Shown one piece after another: positions 27,385 to 40,139 of a stretch of DNA of 64,000 bases. How positions within the stretch are numbered: position 1 is the first letter of the stretch; each line of letters opens with the position of its first letter. Origin of the DNA: Octopus bimaculoides (taxonomy: Eukaryota); NCBI RefSeq assembly GCF_001194135.2, contig NC_068982.1, positions 18,590,006-18,654,005 on the forward strand. Direction: 5' to 3'. The notes below the pieces were generated by a model. That model searched no databases and was not told where the DNA came from. It saw only the letters and a program-made list of their open reading frames with translations. A program made the translations under genes and the position numbers.

Positions 27385-27900
27385 GTTATTGCAATTTCGA
27401 TTATTATTGCTTCTTTTCTTTCGTGGTCAGACATTGTAATATCGGTTTTTTTGTTTTCTATATGGTTTGGCGTTATTACTGGTCTATCTAACTAAAATAT
27501 TAACCTTTTCACTTGTTACCTTTTCTAGTTGCACATTTCTGATTTACTGGGTTTTTTTTCTTTTTGGTATGTTCTGTTGCTGTACTAGGTTCGCAAAGAT
27601 TATCTTGGTTATCTCATCGTGTCTCTCTTGATATTTCATGCGTGCTATTTTCCCACATTCTATTTCCATACGTTCGATATTTCCTTTGTTCTTTTTTTTA
27701 CGATATCTGCATGCCTTATTTCTTCCATAGTAGTTGTTTCTATCTTGTAAATGCTGTATAATATATTTTTATCTCTCATTAAGTATTTGCTTTGTTTTAT
27801 GAATTTCAATGAGTCTCTTTTTGATACTGCTTCCTCATCTTGCAGTTTAAAGTATTCACCGTGAATTTCTTTATTTCTTTAATATTTTCTCTCTCTCGTA
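27385..27900 (-). mobile_element. R4/Dong-clade LINE internal fragment (RLE region), inside the TIR element
   Basis: Translation KEIHGEYFKL at about 27850-27880 and RPVITPNHIENKKTDITMSDHERKEAIIIEIAIT at 27385-27485 (degenerate PD..D/E restriction-like endonuclease motif). Confidence 0.6.
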
Positions 27901-27989
27901 ATCTTTGTATTCATTGATATTATTGATATTATTTTTATGCATTCTTTTTTATTTCCATAATGTCGTAACCCATATAATTATAATGACAA

Positions 27990-27990
27990 A

Positions 27991-28085
<95 letters not shown>
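27990..28085. repeat. (AAT)n microsatellite
   Basis: Directly visible. Similar tracts occur at 6275-6350, 48408-48462 and 52312-52408. Confidence 0.95.
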
Positions 28086-28086
<1 letters not shown>

Positions 28087-28721
28087 TTCACCTTGGTGAA
28101 ATTTAACATGGTAGAATTTACCTATAATGAAATTTTCCTGGTGGCATTTCCGTGGTAGAATTTACCGCAGTGGAATTCACCAGTCACCTCTTATATATAC
28201 AAGCATACACACACACACATACACACAGACATATACATATAGTAAATCCCCCCAAAAAAAGAACCAAAAAAACAACAACAACAACAACGCGAGGACGTGG
28301 TACATGTCATGTATTAACAGACGCTCAGGAATGGAAAGTAAGATGGTTTAACGTTTCAAGCAGAGAAGAGGGAGAAAAAAAAATCGCCAACGAATCAAAT
28401 GTGGTTATGTGTGAGTGTGTGTGTTTGTGTACATGTAAATGTCGAACGATGAAAATGAGTACTCAACACCGCATTCTTAGATATAATTTCTTTATTTGTT
28501 AATTAAGGCTACTATTGTTTTCATTTTAAGAAATGTAGGAAAATATCTTAATATCTTAACAATGTTTCAACCTGATGACAAGTAGTGGTCATTCTTCTTA
28601 TTAATTGTTATATATATATATNNNNNNNNNNNNNNNNNNNNNNNNNNNNNNNNNNNNNNNNNNNNNNNNNNNNNNNNNNNNNNNNNNNNNNNNNNNNNNN
28701 NNNNNNNNNNNNNNNNNNNNN

Positions 28722-29575
28722 CCCCCTTGCTTGGGTCCTTCTGGATCAGCGTCACAACTCCCCGGCTTACAAAACTGGGAATTCTCCCATTCTGCTGGCA
28801 GTTTGCATAGACGCTTGCCAGGACATCCCCAAACAAGTCCGGCATTAAACGATAAAACTCGTAGGGCAGACCATCCAGTGCCGGAGACTTTTGCATCTCC
28901 TCCTGTCCATAGATCCTGCGTCCCTGCTCGTCCGTTAAAGACTCAATACAGGACTTCTTGCCCTTCTGACTCTCCACACGGCAAGCCCATCTGGCTACGT
29001 TGACACCTTCTCGTTTCCCAGCGCGTAACTTAGCTCTGACTCGGCACCCTTCGTGTTTGGCATTGAGGCGACGGTACAAGATCGTTCTCGCCGCCATCAC
29101 TCTGGATGCGGAGCCAGATTCCATTGCCTCATCTAGACTCTTGACTAAGTCCCCCTCGATTCTAGTCCTATCTAAACTTAGCTGATTGCTAAATCTATTG
29201 GACTCAAGACGGATGGCTCTCTTGAGGGCGTGCCACCATCTATTGTTAATGATGGTGCCACATAATGCCCTCTGCACTAGCTCCTTAATTCGGGTACGGA
29301 AAGCTACACAAGTCAAAATAGACTTGTTCATTTTCCAATACCCGGATCCCTGTCTATGACACTTATCTATATGCACCTCACACGTCACAAGTTTATGATC
29401 CGAATAAGGCACAATACAAAAATGTGGACAGCTAAAGCTATGCTTATCTCTTTCCTTAACAAAAATTCTGCCTATATACGATCTGAGTGAGCCGTCGTTA
29501 TTACTCCACGTCCACTGTGGAACGCTCGGCTCATCAAGAAGAAGCATAACCAGCTGGCTGAAGAAGTCTGTCTAG
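28722..29575 (-). mobile_element. L1/Tx1-clade LINE ORF2 fragment (APE C-terminus, linker, start of RT)
   Basis: ORF 28567-29547: WTW...SYIGRIFV...PYSDHKLV...GSGYWKMNKSIL...KSPALDGLPYEFY...SRGVVTLIQK. It runs into an N gap. Confidence 0.9.
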
Positions 29576-29669
29576 CCCTCGCAATATATATAATCACAGT
29601 GAAATTTATTCACTGGTTACCAAAATTTGAAATATCATATTTCTAAATCTCTCATTATGGTTATGCTAC

Positions 29670-29712
29670 TTCAGGCTGATGACGAGCAAAGACTCAGAAA
29701 CATGTCCCTGAA
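29670..29712 (+). ncRNA. Type I hammerhead ribozyme motif
   Basis: ttcagg-CTGATGA-c gag caaaga ctc a-GAAA-catGTC-cctgaa. Stem I is a perfect 6 bp, the core CUGAUGA/GAAA is intact, stem III is a palindromic ACATGT mini-stem, and the cleavage triplet is GUC. The 10.1-11.1 pair is a C-A mismatch. Confidence 0.75.
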
Positions 29713-30061
29713 TGCTGACTAGGCTGGGTGGAGGAGTTTGTCTCCCCCTCGCAAACATAAGGACACAGTAATTGTGTCAAGGCCGACAGGAAGCGGTCCA
29801 GCTTCCTAGGGCTAAACAGCAGTAGTATATTCCCTTATTGGGATTGTCACATTAAGTTGACAATATAAAACAACTTTATCGCATCACTACTGGTTAAATC
29901 TCTCTGAGAGATTTAGAAATATGATATTTCAAATATATNNNNNNNNNNNNNNNNNNNNNNNNNNNNNTATATATATATATATATATATATATTCTATTTC
30001 CTCGTGTACCGTGTGTATATGTATGAGTGTGTGTGCCGTCGTATATACGCATTGCACACAT

Positions 30062-30105
<44 letters not shown>

Positions 30106-30571
30106 CTGTGTAAATGTATGCATATAGAAACAACAAAAGTAAAGAGATTTATAGATTCAAGATAATATATAAATAATTTATATACATACAAGTAATTGAT
30201 ATACTCTTTGTTGACAAATAATAAAATTATTGAAACACTAATACCCAACAGACAATATTTGTCATCTCCTCACCATTTCAAGTTTTCTTTCTCCTAGGAG
30301 GTTTCAGACCTTTCAAGAAGTACAACCAACTGATGACTATTATCTTGCAACACGACCCGCTTTATGCAATTTAATAACTGAATAACTTAAACATGGTATC
30401 TATGGTATCTATGAAATTACAAATTTACAAATTTCAGATTTGATTGTGAGTCCGGTATTATTGCTGAGCTCGTCTTTCACTATGTATCTGTTACTAAAAT
30501 ATTCACACTCACACACACACACACACACGCACACACACACACACACATCAAACACACGCACACACACGAAC

Positions 30572-30602
<31 letters not shown>

Positions 30603-30809
30603 AGTTATGGCTGTGTATATATAATGTTGTATAATGATACTCTTAATATCCATTTTAAACTGGTTATATTTTTAGATTGCTGAATGCTGCGGGATTCATT
30701 TTGAGAGGACATCCCATATAAACGCATACATCGACAGCTGGGGAGAAACATAGAGATAGATAGACAGATAGACAAGTAGATAGATAGATAGATAGATAGA
30801 TAGAGGATA

Positions 30810-31130
30810 AATGATAGCAAGCTATCACGCGGCACGTTGCTGTTTTTGCGGAATCGAAACATATCTCTGGAGCAGTTTTGCTACCCTGAGCATCGAGTTA
30901 AGTATGAGGAGTATTCGATACGCTCGTCTCCAAAATGGACCAAGCAGAAAATTCCAGCGGTTCGAGATCGGGGATTCTTGAGGGCCATACATTCAAGCCT
31001 ATGAATGACGGATTGTTTTTTTCGAATCCAGTGGAGGTGTGGAATGGTGCCGAGTCCTACTGGAATTTTCATGGTGCAAGTTGGCTTGCAAATAATATAA
31101 GAATAGTTAATGATGGAGGTGGACGATAAG
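30810..31130 (-). mobile_element. Tc1/mariner (maT/DD37D-like) transposase fragment
   Basis: Minus-strand translation KFQ*DSAPFHTS...NPSFIGLNVWPSRIPDLEPLEFSAWSILETSVSNTPHT matches FQQDSAPAH...WPP.SPDLNPLD..WSILE. Confidence 0.8.
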
Positions 31131-32000
31131 AAGAACCATAAAATTATGTGAAAGCTTGTCTAACCTACTGAGGATGAAATTACAATAGAAATTACAACAA
31201 ATGCTTACATTGTGTAAAATTTTCAGTATATGGTTTGAAAACATTGGTGCAATCCTCGATCTAAGGATGGTGAACGTATCTTTTAGTTATAAATACCTAT
31301 AGCTTGAAGTTACTTTTACAGTATGTCATATACATGTTATTCGATTGCCTTACTTATCAGAAGAGCGGAGAGCTTGCGTTCGAAGACGAAAATCGAAACA
31401 AATATATATACTCTAGTGGGCAAGTATCTGGATTCTTAGAGTTGCAGTTTGGTCAGTAGAGATTCCATATAAACGTAATGGATGAGTCATACCAAAATAT
31501 AGATATTAAACGGCATAATTTTTTACGTCACATTCTAAGCTTTGCACAGGTTGGAATTTCAGTGGAATATTTGCGAAATATTCATGGTTGTTTGTCGTCT
31601 GCCTCTTAAAAGTAAGACATTTTGAATATGGCTTAACATCACGCACCACATGGTCGCATAAATGTAGCCTTTCAAGAGGGCACTCGCTAAGATTTCTCAT
31701 TTATTCAATTCTCCTCTCAGGCCGTTACCTCTCCATCGTTCATATATATTAGTATAAAACATTCCGTGAGTTTGCTAACACATGTACGCATATGTATGTT
31801 TGTACGTACGTATGTATGTTTGTATGTATGTATGTTTCTATGTATGTATGTATGTATGTATGTATGTATACAAACTGTCTCGGCGAAATTTGATAGTTTA
31901 CGAAAAGGAAAACAAAACAGATCCCCATAAAAAAAACAGAAGTATTTTAAGAAGCCCCAAAATTTAGACGCGGTGATTTATTTACCTGTTTATCTATCTA

Positions 32001-32041
<41 letters not shown>

Positions 32042-32234
32042 NNNNNNNNNNNNNNNNNNNNNNNNNNNNNNNNNNNNNNNNNNNNNNNNNNNNNNNNNNN
32101 NNNATATATATATATATATATATACATATATAGGGAGATAGATAAATAGACATCATCATCCTCTTCTATATCTGTATACACACCTACATACATACACACG
32201 CGCGCACATATATGTGTACACATAAATATATATG

Positions 32235-32273
<39 letters not shown>

Positions 32274-32324
32274 TCATATATATGTGGACACCTATCTTTA
32301 TTAATAATATAGTTTACATTGCAA

Positions 32325-32520
32325 AGGCTGAGCGGGCAGAATCGATACCGTCCCGAGAAAAAAGGTAAATGCCATTTCGTCCGGTTTCACGTTATGAGTT
32401 CAAATTCCACCGAAATCGACTTTGCTTTTCCATATTTTCGAGATCGATACAATAAGGACGAGTTGAACACTTCCTAATAATTGCTGGCCATGAGCCAATA
32501 TTTAAAATCAATATATTTTG
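32325..32520 (+). mobile_element. SINE family B, diverged copy
   Basis: gagcgggcagaatcg...gagttcaaattccaccgaaatcgactttgc. Confidence 0.7.
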
Positions 32521-33094
32521 TTCTCTGTGAAATAGCCTCAATCTGCTTCATGATGTAAAACATAATTTGAATTTAAGGGAAAATTTAGTGACGCAAAATA
32601 CTTCTACTTATAGAAATTTTCAATAGGAAGACATGAAATTTTCATGCAGAACGTTTGTGACATTCTTATTTGAACAATGCAACAATCAATAATTACATCT
32701 TTATTGAGAGTGTTTAAAGTTTTCACAATCAACAAAAACCGGATATCCGAGTCTAGTTCTCAAACGCATGATGAGCAGTCATTCACAATTCGTACAAAAT
32801 GAACAATTGAATTTGCAGACAATGATGGAATATGTTTATTTTTTGTGTTTTATATAACTATTATTACTTTCCGTTTCCAAATTCTTCAATTAAACTTCTG
32901 TATAACAAACCAGTTAATGTCATTCTGAGGAATGAACTTCGATCACAAAATACGTGAATATGTACAATTTCAAGGAACTATATTTACATACATTTTTAGG
33001 TGATATGAATATCTGTATATTCATATTCGTTTTTTTATGTTTTGTTTTATTAGATTCAGCTCAAAGCTGTGGCCATACTGGGGCACCACCGTTT

Positions 33095-36000
33095 TGCTAC
33101 ACTGTTATTATTGAGACTCTTCTCTGATATATGGCATTTGGTGAATAAGGGAGTTTGATGTTACTTCCCTCATTCGCACCTCCTTTCACGAGGTAGGTTC
33201 ATCTGAGACTCTCGACAGGAAGAGATCCAGTTTACATCTGAAAATACCTACATCCACTTTGGGTAGGAACCTCAGGCTCTTTCGAGAATATTAAAAGGCT
33301 GTGAGCCCCTGAAATCCAGGCTGTTGCAGTAACTAGTCCTGAAGCGCGATGGCATTGCTGGGATCTTAGGTACTGTGCGGTGGCGACCCGTTCATACATT
33401 TTTGTTACTTTCAATGCCAAAATTTGGCACAGTCCCTTCCGGGACCTTCCAGGTGTATATTACTTCATATCTCTCATGCCTTCCCTCCTGGGAGTAGAGT
33501 CTTAGCTGTTTCAACCCATCGCAGTAGCTTTCAGGCACCTGGGGATGGATACTCTCCAGAGTACCATCATAGTTTCCTCTAGTTCTGAAGGTTCTCATGA
33601 ACCATCCAGCCAATCGTCTGCACTTTGTTGACATCCTCGCAATGTTGATTTGGAAAACGGTATCACCACACGTGTCGATACCCAGGTCCGGCACTAATTT
33701 AGGCTCTGGGATTGTAATCCCCTGTGGGACAGTGTACCCTGTAAGTTTATATTCACTTTTGGGCGCTGGTAGCACAGGGCTTAGAATTTTCCAGCATTAA
33801 ACTGCATATTATTGTTTTAACCCCATCTGTAAATTGATTCCAACTCCTGCTGCAGGTGTGCAACATCGCTAGAGTTCTGTATTTTCTGCGAGACTTTCGT
33901 ATCGTCTGCGTAGCTAGCAAGGGTGGCTATCCGGGCAGCTGAGGGCATATCTGAGAGGGCCACTGTGAAAAGCAGTGGATACGACAGTACCCTGTGTAAC
34001 ACCACTCACTATTTGTGTTTTCTTTGAGGTAGCTCAATTAGCCACTACTGCCTGACTACTATCATTCAGAAAGTCGTGTAACCATCTCCAAGTTTTCCAG
34101 CTATGCGAAGATTGCGCAGTTTGTGGCATATCATACCATGATCTATTTTATCAAAAGATTTTGCAAAGTCAAGGCATATTACGTCCTTATTTGAGTTGTT
34201 GAGTAACTGCCTCCACAGCCAGTCATAATGCTGTAGGGTCTGCTTCAGGCAGCTCCTACCTGGTCGAAAGCCACACAAGGTGTCACTCAGTAAGTCGTTT
34301 TCCTCAAGGAATGCGATTAATTTCTGTCCGGCTATCCGTTTCATGACTTTGCTGAAGTGTGAAGTCAGAGATAGGACTATAATTCTTGGCATCTTCTCTG
34401 CGTGCTCCTTTATGGATTGGGGATATTATTTCTGCCTTCACTTTGCTTAGGAGCCTGCTATTTGCAAGAAAAATCTGAAAGCGAATCTCCGCTGATTTTG
34501 CCAGGGCACGTTTACACGATTTGAAGAGGACTGCTGAGAAACCATCAAGGCCAGCAATTGTGTTTGCTAGTAGTATGTCTTCTTCACTAATGTTGATGTA
34601 ATCTATCGTAACTGCTTCGCCTGTAATAGGTGAGGCGGCAAAGAAATCCATCGGTTCATTCACTTATCTGTGTTCCAACGGTGTGGTAAAGACACTTTTG
34701 AAATGGTCACTCAGTACCTCACTGATCCTGTTTGAGCCTTTTGTGAGCAGCCATCGTTTTGGAAGAGGGGTCGTATTTTTCAGCGTACTGAGGCTGTTAC
34801 TTTGAAAGAAGGCCTCTGGCTTTGATTTAACTTTTTTTATAACCCAGGCTTCTTTGTCTGCCCTCTCCCTCACATGGGAGTGCTGCAGGCTTTCTTCAAT
34901 CTCCATTAGTGTTTTTAGGCGGGATCTTCGCACTACTTTTGTAATGTTTGTTGAAGCGATTTGCAAACTTCGTCCGTCGTCTCATGAGGATCTTCCTCTC
35001 TCCTCGAAACTTGTTCCTTTTTGTGTTGGCCTTGTCACCCGGGACATTCATCTGGCATGTGGTTTGCGTAACAGACATGAAATATTCTAGTTTCGTGCCA
35101 ATGTCTGGTGTGGAGAGACATTTCAACCAGTCTTGTCTGAGGATCTCTTTTTGGATCGATTTCTTGTCTGATTTCTCGAGGTTCATATTGGCGTGATTTT
35201 GGATGCTTTCTTTAGATTGTATGTCTCTGGCTACTTTTGGCGTCTACATAGACAGCTCTATTATGTTATGATCCGAAACTAATGTCAGCGTCACTTTCAC
35301 ATTACGAACATTACGGACGATGTCCACATTGTTTCTGAAGCAAAGATCTAATATATTATTCGCCCTAGTTGGTCTGAACACAACTTGCTTCATGAATAGG
35401 GCATTGGTGTGTTTGAGTAGGGACTTTACCTGTACTTGTTTGCAATGAGTCATTCCAGAGAGCATGAGGCCTTCGGGCCATTTAACACTGGGGAAGTTGA
35501 AATCACCCATAAGAAATATAATCATGTGATGCTTCGGTTTCATGAGGATTTCTTTTAGTCTTGTGAGGCAATCTTCAAACGTTCCTATGTAGTTTGGAGC
35601 ATCCGGTGTGCGATATGTATTGCATATGACTATATTGCGTTGTCTTATGTATACAATTAGAGTGCCACATACTGAAATTGAATATGGCAGTAGGAACTAG
35701 GGTGTCAGGTCCCCAAGAACGTTACAGCAACTCCACCGTGACTCCTTTCCCTTCTGCCTGTTCGCAGTATGGTATATTTTGGTATGTGCACTTATGCAGC
35801 ATCTATATCAGGTCTCAGATACGTCTTCACGCGTGCTATGCTTAGAGCTTGATTGCTTGCACAAAGGTCTCTCAGGAAAAAAGATTTTGCTGTTGTTCTT
35901 GTGATGCAGCAGACCTCCAATATTTAGTCTGCTGAATGTGGTGGTCTTGCGCAGTGATGGACAGGGTTCCGTATTTGCGCTTGATCTTGCAAAGTCAGCT

Positions 36001-36790
36001 ACAGCACTATCTTGCGCATAACATTTGAAGAGCGCACTGCATTTGTCTGCTTTCACTTTGGAGACGATTGGTGCCTTTCCTCAGGGACGTATTTCTCCAT
36101 AAGACCCCTGCATTTTTGGTGAGGTCTCGGGTGAACAAAGCAGCAGTTTGTACCGTCTTCTCCATGCCATTTTGATTTGTTTTCTGTCTATTATTTGGTG
36201 GTTTTATGTTTCGGTTTTAGTTGCTTCATCATTTCCTCTTCCTTTGCCTTTCTCTCTCTCCTTCCGTCTTTATATTTATATATGTGCTCGTGGCCTTTCC
36301 TTCCTTTACTGGTTGTAGCACTTGCATTTCTCTGGATTTCCAATGGGGAGAGGACTCCATTCCTTTGTAGGACCACTGAAACAGAGGAACTTCTGTTTAT
36401 TGCTTCTTCACCTTCCCTATCCTTATCAGCCTAGTTTTTCAGAGGGGTGGGGGATCTATTCTTTAGTGGGACTACTGGATTAGCGGGACTTCTAGTTTCG
36501 GCTTCATCTTCTCTATCACCATCAGCCTTGCCACTGTTATTTTCCGTGGTGGCATCAAAAGTGTCAATGTGTGGTGTAATAAGAGCATAGGAGCGCATAA
36601 ATTCATTTTCATTCCGTTGTATCTGCTAAATGGTTCTACAGAATCCATTGTTCATCAGTGTAACAGTGAATATGTTGTTTGTAAGATCGCCGATAGCAAT
36701 TGTCCATGCTCGCAACAGAAGTTTCAGTTCCTTGCTATTCAAATTTGATGCTATCTTCGATTTCTAACTCGAGAGGCGATGGGAGGATAG
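33095..36790 (-). mobile_element. CR1-clade LINE, near full length but frameshifted (ORF1 remnant, APE, RT, 3' end)
   Basis: APE: LNIGGL, MGDFNFP, PTRANNILDL, SDHNII. RT: SLTSHFSKVM, GFRPGRSCL, LDFAKSFDKIDHG, SYADDTKV. C-terminus: LDLFLSRVSDEP...SNSLIHQ. ORF1 remnant: HGEDGTNCCFVHPRP (CCCH-like) at about 36100-36170. Confidence 0.92.
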
Positions 36791-37342
36791 AGAGGAAGTC
36801 AGAGAGACAGAGGGATGTAGAAAGGAAGATATGAAAGAGAAATGAAGGGAGTATGGAGCGATACGAAGTCAGATGGGGGAAGAAGAAGGGGAAGAAAAGG
36901 AGTTAGATAGAGTGAGAGGGAAAGAAGAGGGGAAAAAGAGAAATATATGAAAGATTTAGGGAGAGAGACAAGAGAAAAGGAGGAGGATAAGAAGAAGAGA
37001 GGGGAAGAGCAGGTAAAAAGATATGAGGGAAAGAGAAAAAGAGAGGTTATAAAACGAGAAGGGCCGCTGTGAGAGAGCAAGAAGCTACATGAAAAATGAT
37101 AGCAGGAAGAAAAGAAGAGGTTTCGTGATAAATTTGCTGCTTTAAATTTTTTTCTCATTTTCCATGTATTCGTATTGCGTATTTCATGTAGTTTACTTTA
37201 TGTGACGTCCTGTGACCACATATGCATATGTACATACATATATATGTAAGTATGTATATATAAGTATGCATATATTCATATAAATATTATTTATATTTTT
37301 ATATGATTGAACGCCACGCATCCGTTTCTAAGTGAGTTTTAT

Positions 37343-37381
<39 letters not shown>

Positions 37382-37529
37382 NNNNNNNNNNNNNNNNNNN
37401 NNNNNNNNNNNNNNNNNNNNNNNNNNNNNNNNNNNNNNNNNNNNNNNNNNNNNNNNNNNNNNNNNNNNNNNNNNNNNNNNNNNNNNNNNNNNNNNNNNNN
37501 NNNNNNNNNNNNNNNNNNNNNNNNNNNNN

Positions 37530-37586
<57 letters not shown>

Positions 37587-37627
37587 GTGCATGTGTGTGT
37601 GTGTGTGCGTGTGTATGTGTGTGTGTG

Positions 37628-37900
37628 CAACCTTCAAACTTACCTGTGTAGTTTGGAGCATCCGGTGGGCGATATGTATTGCATATGACTATTGCGTTGT
37701 CTTATGTATACAATTAGAGTGTCACATACTGAATTTGAGTATGGCAGTAGAAAATAGGGGGACATGTCTCCAAGAACGTTACAGCAACTCAACCATGGCT
37801 CCTTTGCCTTCTGACTGTTCGCAGTATGGTATATTTTCGTATGTGTACTTCTGCATCATCTATATCAGGACTCAGATGCATACATATCTTTACGTATTGG
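37628..37900 (-). mobile_element. Second CR1 fragment (APE N-terminal part), homologous to 35565-35830
   Basis: Direct nucleotide similarity, e.g. gtagtttggagcatccggtg.gcgatatgtattgcatatgacta. Translation HLSPDIDDAEVHIRKYTILRTVRRQRSHG. Confidence 0.9.
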
Positions 37901-39957
37901 AAAGATATATCAAGTGGCAGTCTCATCGTTCGCAATTCACCATTTTTCATCTTTTCAACGTTTACGATAACGTTTCTATTGAAAGTCTGAAAAACGAGAG
38001 CAATTTGTTCAGCAATTAAATAAACGATAAACAAATCAACGTCTTCGGTAAACGAAAAAAGCTGAGCAAACAAATTAAATTATGTAAGTTACATACGGAA
38101 ACAGAAAAATACGAATGCATTGCTAGATGAATTATTAAGATAACAAGTTTGGAAAAAAAAAAGTATTTAGGAAGTACGAACATGCCAAATGTTATACTGT
38201 TACATATCCTGGAGCTGACCGTAAGCATAAAGGTCAGCCAACGAAATCGAAAACTAAAATAGGACAAACATAGACAATATTTTCGATCTATGTAAGAAGC
38301 CAGGCAATAAATTTGCTGTCATTACTAATGTATATGAAGCCCGTTTAATGTGTACATATACCACACGTTAGCATACTGGAAAATGACCAGAGCGCCGGCA
38401 TGTTCTTTGCAGTTGCAGAAAAGTATTCCGTTTCAATATAACGTACATGTATATATGAACATGTGAGTCTATATGGATGCAGTAATACACTCACACATAC
38501 ACACACACACGCGCACACACACAGACCCACACACACGCACACACACAGACACACGCACACGCACACACACAGACACACACACACACACAAACACACACAC
38601 ATGCCACACCATACACAACCACACATACACACACTCGTCTTGTCTGTTAGAGTGTCCAGCAGTGAAGAAGAGCAGAAATGGACCGAAACTAGGCTGGTCT
38701 CTGTCGTTAACCAGGAAGAGGAAATGTCTTCTCGGGGTTAAGAGTTCGCAATAACGACCGTTCGTACAGAACAGCCATGTCGAAGTGGCAAGAAACATTT
38801 CTTGCCAGTACAGCTACTGCTTTCATCTCTTATAGAGGTTTATATCTAGCTGCATTATTCATTTAAATGTTTTACACATTTGAAAATGCTAAGTTATCAG
38901 TAATCGAAATAATTAAAGTAGAGCACAACTAAAAACCAAAGAAACAGGGTTGTTTGATGGCTTGAACTTTGCTTTGCTCTATAAAAGATAAAGCAAAATA
39001 CTACATCGTTTATATTCATGGAACTAAGAAATCGTTTAGGAACTGGAATGATAATGTTTCCCGTAAAGTAAGAGAAGTTGTTTGATCCTCAAATCACACA
39101 ATTATCTCTTTAGAAAAAGAAAATGCCGATTAATGTATCGACATTTATGTGTAAAGGTAGTTGACTAAATAAAATTATATGTTCTGTTATAGAGGTGGAC
39201 AGTTATTAATCAAAACCGGAAATCCGGTTTGGGTAATTTGAAATGTAAACTAAGTTCTCAAAAGATATAATTGTGGATGACTGTAATATTTAGTTAAGAA
39301 TGGTATAAGATTTCTCAATAAGCATTCATTGTTCTAATAAATCTAATATAGCATATAATGTTACTTAATTAATTTAGTCGACGAAAATTGTTGATTGTTG
39401 AGAATATCTCGCTTTGTCGTATGGAGCTGGACTCAGTTTCCATTTGCTAATTGTGACACATCATCTAGCAGCAGAATTAATTTTGACAATTCAATGAATT
39501 ATGATGTACATGTATGGAAGGTGATATGCATGTATCTGATTATGTTATTCATTTACCAGCTTCTCGCCTCTCGGGATTATTTCCCTGAGATCATTTCTAT
39601 TTACATTCGTGTATATTAGCTTTCCCCAAACCGCGTTTTACACTTGTTACATACGTTTATATCCATAGACTGATGATTAATTATGGTACTGTGGATACCC
39701 TCAAGACAAAAAGATGTGTCAACGACTTTCAGACGATAAGCCTGTCCTCAATGACATCACTTGTTGAGAATGATGTGCCATAGAAATTATTGCCTCTTAT
39801 AGTGAGTGTGTCTCAATTACCAATTGGCAATTGTTCCATATCTTGATGCAGGGATAATTATTGAAACTCTAATAAGTTGTACTTTAGATGATCTGTCTAC
39901 ATTTTCACTCTGTGCAGACACACACAGACACAGACGCACACACACACAGACACAAAC

Positions 39958-40005
<48 letters not shown>

Positions 40006-40093
40006 CTTTACACACACACACACACACACACAGAAACACACACACACAGAAACACACACACACACAGACACACACACACAGAGAAACACACAC

Positions 40094-40139
<46 letters not shown>

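Larger units (their letters stand above)
27264..28188. mobile_element. Non-autonomous TIR DNA transposon (Mutator/foldback-like TIRs, 8 bp TSD)
   Basis: Degenerate ~105 bp TIRs (27264-27374 and 28085-28188) are built from ggtaaattccacc-like subrepeats. There is an exact 8 bp TSD, tcttatat, at 27256-27263 and 28189-28196. Confidence 0.75.

Noticed and set aside
30935-31129. Plus-strand ORF MDQAENSSG... as a host exon
   Set aside because: It is the antisense of the maT-like transposase fragment.
38660-38705. Hammerhead-like gtgaaga...gaaactaggc
   Set aside because: C3 and U16.1 are both non-canonical, there is no stem II, and stem I pairing is poor.
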